Shown: positions 8,579 through 16,356 of the stretch, piece by piece | Numbering within the stretch: position 1 is the stretch's first letter | Layout of the letters: every line of letters starts with the position of its first letter | Assembly (NCBI GenBank): GCA_009781955.1 | Contig: WQUT01000074.1 | Span: forward strand, 1-40,273 | Reading direction: 5' to 3' | Length of the DNA: 40,273 bases | Source of the DNA: Pseudomonadota bacterium | GTDB taxonomy: Bacteria; Pseudomonadota; Alphaproteobacteria; Rs-D84 | The notes under the pieces: generated by a model | What the model was told of the DNA's origin: nothing | The model's database searches: none | What the model saw: the letters and a program-made list of their open reading frames with translations, nothing else | Made by a program: the position numbers and the translations under genes

Positions 8579-9726
8579 GATGGTTCGCTGAACAGGCGCG
8601 CAGGATCAACGGCGTTCGCGCCGCGGCGGATTTCCAGATACATTTCCGGTTTCGGACCGGAACTGAACCAACCGGTATTCTGATCGGCGGCCGCCGTGCG
8701 TATCGCGTTGCTGTCGGGCATCCTGGCGACCGGTTCGCCCGCCAATACCTCTTGCCCCAGCAACACGTCAATGCTGCCCAGGCCCGTCATCACGGAATTA
8801 TACCCGTTTTTATGCGACAGTATCAGGACGCGGCCGAATCCCTTGAAGTTGTCCGCGAATTTCACAATGCCGTCCGCCGGCGCGGACACCAGCGCGCCGC
8901 CGCTGGCCCGTATGCGCCAGCCGTCGGATATCAGGCCCAATGCCGATTTTTCGCCGAACAGCGCGACCAGTTTTCCAGAAACCGGCGCGCGCAATTTTTT
9001 AGTGCTGAACGAAGTATCCGCGGACAGCGCGGATGACCCGACGCCGGACATCAGTTCGGCCAGATTTTTCGCCCGCGCGGACAAGGCGCGCAGCTTCGCC
9101 TGCAACTCCGTCTGTTGGTCGCGCAGTTTCTGATTCTGCGCGGTGCGCGTCTTCAACAGCTTGTCCAATTCGCTGCGCTCTGTCTTGTATTTCTTTGCAG
9201 AGGCAACCAGCTTTTCCTGTTGCGCCCGCTTGTTCTCTTGCACCGTTTCCAGTTCCGCAATCTGCGCGGCCGCGGCCCGCATATCCGCGTCAATCTGGCC
9301 GGACACGCCGGTCAGCAGCGCGGATGTCAGAACATATTCTCGCGCGTTGTCCGCATCAAAAGACACGCCGCGCGATATTGCCAGCAATCCCGCCGCCGCG
9401 TCGCCCAGGCGGCCGCGGTTTTCTTCGGTCTCCTTTTGCAGGATGGCCGATCGCGCGCCCAGGTCGGCGATATTTTTGGCGATGGCGGTCCGCTCTGACT
9501 CCAGCCTGGTCACCCGATCCGCGGCCGACACCAGCTGGGTCTTGGTCTTTTCAACGGTTTTGTCGGATTCTTTCACCGCCGCGTCCAGCTTCTTATTCTG
9601 CTTTTCTGCCGTGGCCAGCTGGGCCTGGACCGCCGCCAGTTCCGACGGCGCGGCCCGCGTCAATGTAGGGGCGCATATTTGCGCCCCAATTAACACCGCA
9701 AAAAATAAGTGGCCTGTTTTTTTCAT
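8575..9726 (-). CDS. EnvC-like murein hydrolase activator (coiled coil plus degenerate LytM/M23 domain)
   Basis: Signal peptide, ~230-aa coiled coil, and a C-terminal M23 fold ending EMYLEIRRGANAVDP (LYxEIR in place of HxH, as in EnvC). Start MKKTGHLFF preferred over 9762. Confidence 0.75.
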   Translation of the reverse strand: MKKTGHLFFAVLIGAQICAPTLTRAAPSELAAVQAQLATAEKQNKKLDAAVKESDKTVEKTKTQLVSAADRVTRLESERTAIAKNIADLGARSAILQKETEENRGRLGDAAAGLLAISRGVSFDADNAREYVLTSALLTGVSGQIDADMRAAAAQIAELETVQENKRAQQEKLVASAKKYKTERSELDKLLKTRTAQNQKLRDQQTELQAKLRALSARAKNLAELMSGVGSSALSADTSFSTKKLRAPVSGKLVALFGEKSALGLISDGWRIRASGGALVSAPADGIVKFADNFKGFGRVLILSHKNGYNSVMTGLGSIDVLLGQEVLAGEPVARMPDSNAIRTAAADQNTGWFSSGPKPEMYLEIRRGANAVDPARLFSEPS

Positions 9727-9761
9727 TTCAATCATAGGGCGCAATAACCCGGGCCCATACA

Positions 9762-10991
9762 TTATTTCACAACGACTTTCAAAAACGTTTTCTTTCCCTT
9801 TTGCAACAGGATTGATTTGCCGGGTTTTAATTCTACCTCTTCCAAAGAATTCAAAACTACTCTTCCATCTATTTTCAATCCACCTTGCTTTATAATTCTA
9901 CATATTTCGGAATTAGACGGAAACAGCCCAGAAAACATTGCAAAATCTATTATGCTGACCGGTTCTCGGTTGGCTTTCATTTCTATTGTTGGAATCGCCG
10001 CATCGTTTGCATGCGCGCCGCCGAACATTGATAATGCCGCGGTCGCCGCGCTTTCCGCCGCAGTCACGCCATGCGCGATTTTGGTCGCCTCAAAAGCCAA
10101 AATCTTTTTGGCTTCATTAATTTCAGAGTCGCGCAATTTGCCGAGCTTTGCGATTTCCGGCAAAGGCAATTCGGTATATATTTTAAGGAACTTTTCCACG
10201 TCGGCGTCCATCACGTTCCTGAAATACTGATAGTAATCAAACGGACTGGTCCGGTCGGCGCGAACCCACACCGCATTGCCCGCGGATTTCCCGATTTTCG
10301 CGCCATTTGAATCCGTAATCAGCGGACATGACAATACGTGCGCCTCTTTCTGCCGCTTGCGGCGGATCAGACTGGCGCCCGCGACGGAATTTCCCCATTG
10401 ATCCGCGCCGCACAGCTGCAAAGTGCAGCCATAGTTATCAAACAAATGCAGAAAATCCACGGCTTGCAGCGGCATGTAATTGAATTCCAAAAATGACATC
10501 TCGCCCGTATTCAGGCGTTTCTTTACGCTTTCCATTGCCAGCATCTGCGGCACGGTAAAGCTGGTCCCGAACTCGCGGAGAAAGTCAATATGGCTGAATT
10601 TTTTATGCCAGTCATAGTTATCAACCATAATGGCATCCGTCGCGCCGTCGCCGAACTTTATAAACTGTTCATAGCATTTGCGCAATCCGGCCGAGTTCGC
10701 GGCAATCTGCTTATCGTCCAGCATCGGCCGGTCCGAATTGCGATCCGACGGGTCGCCAATGCGCCCCGTCGCGCCGCCGACCAGCATTATCGGTTTGTTC
10801 CCGTATTTCTGGAACCAGCGTATTATCATCGCCGGGACCAAGTGTCCGACGTGCATGGAATCCATCGTCGGGTCCACGCCAAGGTAGGCCGTCACGGGCC
10901 CCGCAGAGAACGCGGCGCCAAGGGCGTCCCGATCGGTCGTTTGATAAATCAGTCCGCGGCTTTCCAATTCATGTAGAAAATCGTTTTTCAT
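9762..10991 (-). CDS. tyrS: tyrosine--tRNA ligase
   Basis: Class I motifs SMHVGHLV (HIGH) and KIGKSAG (KMSKS), with a C-terminal S4 domain. Confidence 0.9.
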   Translation of the reverse strand: MKNDFLHELESRGLIYQTTDRDALGAAFSAGPVTAYLGVDPTMDSMHVGHLVPAMIIRWFQKYGNKPIMLVGGATGRIGDPSDRNSDRPMLDDKQIAANSAGLRKCYEQFIKFGDGATDAIMVDNYDWHKKFSHIDFLREFGTSFTVPQMLAMESVKKRLNTGEMSFLEFNYMPLQAVDFLHLFDNYGCTLQLCGADQWGNSVAGASLIRRKRQKEAHVLSCPLITDSNGAKIGKSAGNAVWVRADRTSPFDYYQYFRNVMDADVEKFLKIYTELPLPEIAKLGKLRDSEINEAKKILAFEATKIAHGVTAAESAATAALSMFGGAHANDAAIPTIEMKANREPVSIIDFAMFSGLFPSNSEICRIIKQGGLKIDGRVVLNSLEEVELKPGKSILLQKGKKTFLKVVVK

Positions 10992-11047
10992 AGTTTATTC
11001 CTTTTGCGTTTATTATAGCGAAAAATTTAGGGATTATCAAATATTAT

Positions 11048-11136
11048 GACTACCCCGAAAAGCTAGGGCAACACCCACCCGACGAAATCACAGATTTCGT
11101 TGGGTGGTTTGCTGCTGTTGAAAATCCGGGGTAGTC
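11048..11136. repeat. short member of the gactaccccg palindrome family
   Basis: gactaccccgaaaagc...ccggggtagtc enclosing the hairpin cacccacccgacgaaatcacagatttcgttgggtgg. Confidence 0.75.
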
Positions 11137-11323
11137 GTTTATAAAAATTGTTGCCCGTGCGGGCGTGCGGATTCCCGGATATTTCCTGGACACGCGTTCC
11201 GCGTGCTGCGGAAATTCCGAGAATGACATTTAATGATGATTTGACTATTCAAAGTATTACGGCCGGTGGCCGTAGCAAGAATAATAAAAGAATCCGAATG
11301 GTTTCAACATGACTTTACCATAA

Positions 11324-11554
11324 TCAATATGTCCTGTATCTGCCAACGAATCTGGCGACCGCATTGTCTGGGCAAACATTCAGACATTTGTTGCATCCGT
11401 TGCATTTGTCATTGTTTATTACTGGAACAAGACGTATACCTATAAATTTGTGCTCTATTGCATTTTCAGGACAAATCTCCTGAACCGCGCAAGAATCGCA
11501 AGCCCATATGCATCCGGATGCATTCGTCCATATTTTATAACTGACCTTTTGCAT
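11324..11554 (-). CDS. small 4Fe-4S dicluster ferredoxin-like protein
   Basis: CNGCNKCLNVCP plus an atypical first cluster CIWACDSCAVQEICP. Sits in an AT-rich island. Confidence 0.55.
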   Translation of the reverse strand: MQKVSYKIWTNASGCIWACDSCAVQEICPENAIEHKFIGIRLVPVINNDKCNGCNKCLNVCPDNAVARFVGRYRTY

Positions 11555-11642
11555 CTTGCAATCCTTTATGCAATCAGAATAATATCAAAAACATCCGTTG
11601 TTAATGATAATCGGGCTAAAAATCCCGCGTTCGCGGGATTTT

Positions 11643-12566
11643 TCAGTTGCCGAGCATTTTATTTACTTCGTCGGCCAGATTATCCTCGCGCTTTTGGATG
11701 CCTTCGCCCAACAGGAAATATGCGAATCCCGCAAGCGTCGTATTCGCCTCGGCCAGCACCGCCTTTACGGTCTTGTTCGGATCCATAACGAACGGCTGCT
11801 CGGTCAGGACCGATTCTCCATAGTATTTCTGGATGCGGCCCGCGACCATCTTTTCCACAACCGCGTCGGGCTTGCCCGCCGTCGCGCCGGATTCGGTAAA
11901 TATTTTCTTTTCGCGTTCCACGGCCGCGGGGTCCACCTGGTCAACCGTCGCGAATTCAGGCTTGTTCGCCGCGATGTGCATCGCGATTTTGGGGCCGATT
12001 TCCGCCGCGCCCGCCGTATCGCCGTTCAGCGCGACAATAACCGCAATCTGGCCCATATCGGTGCAGAGGCAGTTATGGACATACTTGAACACGCTGTCGC
12101 CGCCGACGGCCGCTATGCGGCGGATTTGCATGTTTTCGCCAATCGTCGCGATAAGATTTCCGACTTCGTCGGACATCGCGTCAACAACCCGGGCAAAGCA
12201 TTTTTGATCGCAATCGCACGGTCCGTCGCACTTGCAGCCGCAGTCGCCGTATACTTCCAAAGATTTCTGGACAACGTCGGCGACCAGTTTTTGGAATTTT
12301 TCATTCTTTGCGACAAAGTCCGTTTCGGCGTTCACCTCTGCAATCACGCCGAATGTGCCGTCTTTGCTCTTCGCCGCCGCGACCAAGCCCGCCGCCGCGA
12401 CGCGGTCGGCTTTTTTCGCCGCTTTCACGATTCCTTTTTGACGCAGCCAGTCGGACGCCGCCTGGATATCGCCGTTATTTTCGGTCAATGCCGCCTTGCA
12501 ATCCATCATGCCCGCGGATGTTTTTTCGCGCAGTTCCTGGATCAATGCCGCTGTAATATTTGCCAT
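11643..12566 (-). CDS. tsf: elongation factor Ts (with an unusual Cys-rich insert)
   Basis: MANITAALIQELREKTSAGMMDCKAAL..., AEVNAETDFVAKNEKF, IGENMQIRR. Immediately downstream of rpsB. Confidence 0.9.
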   Translation of the reverse strand: MANITAALIQELREKTSAGMMDCKAALTENNGDIQAASDWLRQKGIVKAAKKADRVAAAGLVAAAKSKDGTFGVIAEVNAETDFVAKNEKFQKLVADVVQKSLEVYGDCGCKCDGPCDCDQKCFARVVDAMSDEVGNLIATIGENMQIRRIAAVGGDSVFKYVHNCLCTDMGQIAVIVALNGDTAGAAEIGPKIAMHIAANKPEFATVDQVDPAAVEREKKIFTESGATAGKPDAVVEKMVAGRIQKYYGESVLTEQPFVMDPNKTVKAVLAEANTTLAGFAYFLLGEGIQKREDNLADEVNKMLGN

Positions 12567-12593
12567 TTTTTGCTCCGTTGGTTTAATTTTGTG

Positions 12594-13454
12594 TTACTCT
12601 GCCTTTTCTTCCAGCTTTTCCACCAGTTTCTCGCGGCGTTCGGCCCTCGCCTCGGACTTTTTTGATTTTTCCCGCGCTTCTTTTTCTATGTGCTCTTCTT
12701 CCAGCTTGTCCGCGTCAACGCCGGTCATATCGCTGGCGACCTTCTTTCCCGCCGCGCCGCCCAAGCGTTTTTCAATGCCGGACAGAATCGCATCCACGAA
12801 CAGGTCGCAATACAGTTGTATCGCGCGCGCCGCGTCGTCGTTGCCGGGAATCGGATAGTCAATCAGTTCCGGATTCGCGTTGGTGTCGCAGATCGCGACA
12901 ATCGGCATGTCCAGGTTTTTCGCCTCGCGCACCGCATTGTATTCTTTCGGAACGTCAATGATGATCGCCGCCTGGGGCACGCCGTGCATGTCCAGAATTC
13001 CGCCGAAAACATCGCGCAGCTTTGCGATTTCTTTTTCCATCACGCCGACCTCTTTCTTGGTCAGGCCCAGTTTCTCGGCGTTCTCGCAATCCGCCTCCAT
13101 CTTTTTCAGACGGCGGATGGATTGCGACACGGTCGTCCAGTTGGTCATCATTCCGCCCAGCCAGCGGTTGCTGACATAATGCTGGCCGCAGCGTTCCGCA
13201 GCGTCTTTGATAATATCTTTCGCCTGGTGCTTTGTAGATATGAACAATACTTTGCCGCCGGCGGCCGCGATGGCCTCCAACGCCACCAGGGCGCGATGCA
13301 ACAACGGCGCGGTTTTGTTCAAATTGATTATGTGGATCTTGTCCTTGATGCCATAGACATACGGCGTCATTTGCGGGTTCCAGCGACGGGTGTGGTGTCC
13401 GAAATGAACGCCGGCCTCCATCAGCTGCTTCATAGAGAATTTAGGCAGTGCCAT
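12594..13454 (-). CDS. rpsB: 30S ribosomal protein S2
   Basis: MALPKFSMKQLMEAGVHFGHHTRRWNPQM with aaggag SD. Acidic and basic C-terminal tail. Confidence 0.9.
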   Translation of the reverse strand: MALPKFSMKQLMEAGVHFGHHTRRWNPQMTPYVYGIKDKIHIINLNKTAPLLHRALVALEAIAAAGGKVLFISTKHQAKDIIKDAAERCGQHYVSNRWLGGMMTNWTTVSQSIRRLKKMEADCENAEKLGLTKKEVGVMEKEIAKLRDVFGGILDMHGVPQAAIIIDVPKEYNAVREAKNLDMPIVAICDTNANPELIDYPIPGNDDAARAIQLYCDLFVDAILSGIEKRLGGAAGKKVASDMTGVDADKLEEEHIEKEAREKSKKSEARAERREKLVEKLEEKAE

Positions 13455-13478
13455 GATTTTGCTCCTTCGTCGCAAAAA

Positions 13479-13501
13479 GGGACTAGGGACTAGGGACTAG
13501 T
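13479..13501. repeat. heptamer array (GGGACTA)x3 in the rpsB 5' leader
   Basis: gggactagggactagggactag, 25 nt upstream of the rpsB ATG. Confidence 0.85.
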
Positions 13502-13618
13502 TGCTAGAATTTTTTGCGTTTCTGTTAATCCTCGCCATTCGCCAAACAAACCCTTGCGGGACAGAAACTTGGCAAATAGCTGTGTTCTTCACACGGGCCC
13601 AGGCCCGCGCGTAGCGCG

Positions 13619-13647
13619 ATTATAGAATATAAAATTTCAGAAATCAA
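13619..13647 (-). promoter_or_regulatory. candidate rpsB promoter TTGATT-17-TATAAT
   Basis: Minus strand reads ttgatttctgaaattttatattctataat, giving a ~155-nt leader. Confidence 0.5.
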
Positions 13648-13696
13648 GGGAAATAGAAACTTGCCATGGACTTTTTGAAAATTTGATTATATAATG

Positions 13697-13891
13697 CATC
13701 CGGCGGCGCATTGACCGGCGTTGTTGAAGAGTAACTACTTCTCAGGGTCGTTTTGGTTGGCAACAAAACGTAAAGACGCCTCCAACTTTTGGTTGGAGGG
13801 CGGCCCAATAAGGCGGCTCGCCGCCAAATAAGCCCGCTATCCCTGATAGTAGTTAACCTCCAACCGCCTCTGGTCACGGGCGGTATTTTTT
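13697..13891 (+). ncRNA. candidate structured RNA or cis-leader with terminator
   Basis: Long-range pairing gagtaactacttctcaggg / ccctgatagtagttaac. Hairpins cgcctccaac-tttt-ggttggagggcg and ggcgg-ctcg-ccgcc. A third cctccaacc copy, then ccgcc..ggcgg tatttttt. Confidence 0.3.
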
Positions 13892-13903
13892 ACGGGGGGA
13901 ATC

Positions 13904-14098
13904 ATGGAAAACCAAAGTTATGGCAATTCAGTGGCGAAAAAATTAAAACGGATATGCGAATTCTTTTGCCTTTCCAAGACGGAAATTGCAAAGAGCCTGG
14001 GCGTTTCGCCGGGAACATACAAGGAATGGGAATTGGGGGAACGCCTGCCAAAAGATTTGCCGGGCGAGATCGCAATGCTGTTTTATGTTGATTTATAA
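13904..14098 (+). CDS. small XRE-type HTH protein
   Basis: 64 aa. LSKTEIAKSLGVSPGTYKEWELGERLP is a typical HTH_XRE segment. G-rich SD. Confidence 0.55.
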   Translation: MENQSYGNSVAKKLKRICEFFCLSKTEIAKSLGVSPGTYKEWELGERLPKDLPGEIAMLFYVDL

Positions 14099-14208
14099 TT
14101 TCCCGCCCCGATTTTGTAAGCGGCGATAAAAGCCGCTAGCAAAATCTACCCCGACCCCGGGGCCCCCGCGCGAACTTGTTCGCGTGGGGTGGGCCCAGGA
14201 GGGGAATC
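14097..14208. repeat. composite palindromic element
   Basis: gattttgtaagcggcgataaaagccgctagcaaaatc module, then ccccgaccccggggcccccgcgcgaacttgttcgcgtggggtggg, then ccaggaggggaatcc. Confidence 0.7.
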
Positions 14209-14227
14209 CGTGCTTGCTTAAATTGGA

Positions 14228-15136
14228 TTATTTCTTTTTCGGAATACAGCTGACGACGTATGTGGAGTCTTCTTTCTTATGATTCACGGTGAAGACTTTC
14301 TGCTGTTTGTCCGCCTTGATAAATCCCTCCTTGCAGAACTGATTCACCGTGCAGTTGCCCCAGAATCCGTTCTGGCACGCCTGTTGCGCTTTGCCGTTTG
14401 GGAACGCGCACACGCTGATTTCGCCGTCTTTCTTGCACGCGCCGCTCTTTGTTCCGTTCGGCACGCAGTGGTTGTATTTCATCTCGCTGGCCGACGTTTG
14501 CTCGTTGGTCTTGTTGAATCCGTTGGCGCATTCGGTGAATTCGCCCGAACCGCATACGTCAAAGTTATCCGTTTCGCTGACCCACGCGCGGGACGCGATG
14601 CCGCCCCAGACCTCGCACTTTTGCAGGCATTTCGGCTGATCCGTGTCCGCGCCCGTCAATACATACGTGTCGTCCGCGCATTTTTCAATCAAGCAATCCT
14701 TGCCGGAATTTTTCCATATTACGCCCGGATTGTTTTTTTGCGCGCAACGCTGGCACGCGTTGCCCACCGGACGCTCACCAATCGCGCATTCCAAATTCGC
14801 ATTGGTTGTCGCAACCGCGCCGGTTGCGGCCACCGCCTGGACCGTCGCGGCGGATGCCGGCTGGGGCGGCTGGCTGGACGCGACGTTCATCATGTTGAAT
14901 CCGACGCGCGTGGCTTCATAGTTCGCGGACACGGACGGACGTTCCGGCCCGGATGTCTTTGCCGCCGCGCGTTTGGCGACGGCCGCGCTGTCCACCACTA
15001 TCACCTGGACAACCGGGGTTTCATCCGCGGTTGCGGCGGCACCCGCCGCTACTTCGGGCGCCGCATCATCCGCGGACGCCGCGCCAAATGCGACTGTTAC
15101 AAGCAAAGCCGCAAACAATATAGCTTTATTTTTCAT
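14228..15136 (-). CDS. secreted cysteine-rich protein
   Basis: Start MKNKAILFAALLVTVAFGAASA (aagagga SD), an Ala-rich linker, then ~200 aa with many Cys (ECAIGERPVGNACQRCAQ...CLQKCEVWGG...). Confidence 0.7.
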   Translation of the reverse strand: MKNKAILFAALLVTVAFGAASADDAAPEVAAGAAATADETPVVQVIVVDSAAVAKRAAAKTSGPERPSVSANYEATRVGFNMMNVASSQPPQPASAATVQAVAATGAVATTNANLECAIGERPVGNACQRCAQKNNPGVIWKNSGKDCLIEKCADDTYVLTGADTDQPKCLQKCEVWGGIASRAWVSETDNFDVCGSGEFTECANGFNKTNEQTSASEMKYNHCVPNGTKSGACKKDGEISVCAFPNGKAQQACQNGFWGNCTVNQFCKEGFIKADKQQKVFTVNHKKEDSTYVVSCIPKKK

Positions 15137-15159
15137 TTTTATTCCTCTTAGCCTATACC

Positions 15160-15262
15160 TCCACCCAAGATTTTGTAAGCACACAAAAAAAGTGCCGCTA
15201 ACAAAATCTGGTTTGTCATTCCCGCGCAGGCGGGAACCGCCCCACAAGGGGGCAGGAAAATA
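15160..15262. repeat. composite palindromic element
   Basis: agattttgtaagc...gctaacaaaatct module followed by gtcattcccgcgcaggcgggaac. Confidence 0.65.
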
Positions 15263-15266
15263 GTGC

Positions 15267-15902
15267 TCACCGCGTCGCGCGCAGGATTCCGTTGTCGTCC
15301 GTAACGGTCCAGCCCAAAGAGCGCAATGCGTTCACAAAGCCTTCGCGCCGCGCGGACGGTATTGTCGCGGAAATATTCCGGCCCTGCATGGTTTTCAGCT
15401 CCAGTTCGCTGTCCATGTCTGAATCGCGCAGTTTCTGCTTCAGGCCGGCCCATTGTTTCAGCCCGCCGATATTAAAGAATATTATGGCGCGGTCGCCTGA
15501 ATTGTCCGCCGCCGACATATAGTTCGGAACATTGTTGTCGCGCAGCCATTTCGCCGTCGCGTCCGGATCCAGTGTCATGGTGAAGTTCGCGGAATACGCG
15601 GTCGCGCTGGTCTTTTCATTATCTATGCCGGATGACGCGATCAGGCCGGTCATATCCGAATCGGACGCATTCTTTATCAGCATGGAAATTGTTTTCGGAT
15701 CGGAATACCGCGATAAGACCGCTATCGCAATCTGGCGGCGCGCATCGTCCGTCGCCAACGATTTCGCCGCCGCCGCGGTGCTTGCCGTCTTTTCAACCGA
15801 CGCGGTTCCCGTCAGATTCACCGCGGCATGCGCGTCGGCGAAAAGTGACAGAGTGACAAAGTGACAAAGTGACAAAATTATAAAAAATTTTCCGAATGTC
15901 AT
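15267..15902 (-). CDS. secreted protein of unknown function
   Basis: 211-aa ORF with signal peptide MTFGKFFIILSLCHFVTLSLFADAHAA. The hydrophobic core is encoded by the octamer array. Confidence 0.6.
   Translation of the reverse strand: MTFGKFFIILSLCHFVTLSLFADAHAAVNLTGTASVEKTASTAAAAKSLATDDARRQIAIAVLSRYSDPKTISMLIKNASDSDMTGLIASSGIDNEKTSATAYSANFTMTLDPDATAKWLRDNNVPNYMSAADNSGDRAIIFFNIGGLKQWAGLKQKLRDSDMDSELELKTMQGRNISATIPSARREGFVNALRSLGWTVTDDNGILRATR
15845..15877. repeat. octamer array (GTGACAAA)x4
   Basis: gtgacagagtgacaaagtgacaaagtgacaaa. The inverted partner lies at 16293-16324. Confidence 0.85.
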
Positions 15903-16002
15903 TTCAAAATACCAATTAGTTATTCATATTATTTTTTACAGTTTTTATTGATGAACACAAAATCCTGTTGATCTCTTGCCAGTCTTTATACATTGAATCA
16001 TA

Positions 16003-16274
16003 CTAAACCTGTGTTATAAAGCCAGCATTTTTTAACCTATCCAACCAATATTTTGTCTCTGCCAATTCTTTTTCAGAAATTTTAATTTCTGCATAAAGTC
16101 TCTGCCTGACGAGGCAAAATTTGCCTCTGACACATTTGCGCCGATGCTCATCCCCGAACGCAGAATCTGCTTGGAAATAATAAATTCTTTCTTTTGGGCG
16201 CGCAAGTAACTATATAACTTAACAACCCGGTCCGCAAACTTTTCGCTTTTATTTTTCAGCGGACTATCTTTCAT
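16003..16274 (-). pseudogene. four-helix-bundle protein (23S rRNA IVS / Avd-like family), frameshifted
   Basis: KFADRVVKLYSYLRAQKKEFIISKQILRSGMSIGANVSEANFASSGRDFMQKLK in one frame. The family-typical continuation ISEKELAETKYWLDRLKNAGFI is in the -1 frame, across a T4/A4 run at 16080-16083. Confidence 0.6.
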
Positions 16275-16292
16275 CTTGCCCCCCGTATATTC

Positions 16293-16324
16293 TGTCACTC
16301 TGTCACTTTGTAACTATGTCACTA
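16293..16324. repeat. octamer array, inverted partner of 15845-15877
   Basis: tgtcactctgtcactttgtaactatgtcacta. Confidence 0.8.
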
Positions 16325-16356
16325 AAATTCTGATTCTTTGCGCAAAGCGCAAAGAA

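Noticed and set aside
11598-13493. Plus-strand ORFs 11598..12665 and 12690..13493 (355 and 267 aa)
   Set aside because: They are exactly antisense to tsf and rpsB. The high GC content keeps the opposite strand open. Their composition is Arg-rich nonsense.
16003-16274. Diversity-generating retroelement, because of the Avd-like four-helix-bundle gene
   Set aside because: There is no reverse transcriptase and no template/variable repeat pair nearby. The gene is also frameshifted.
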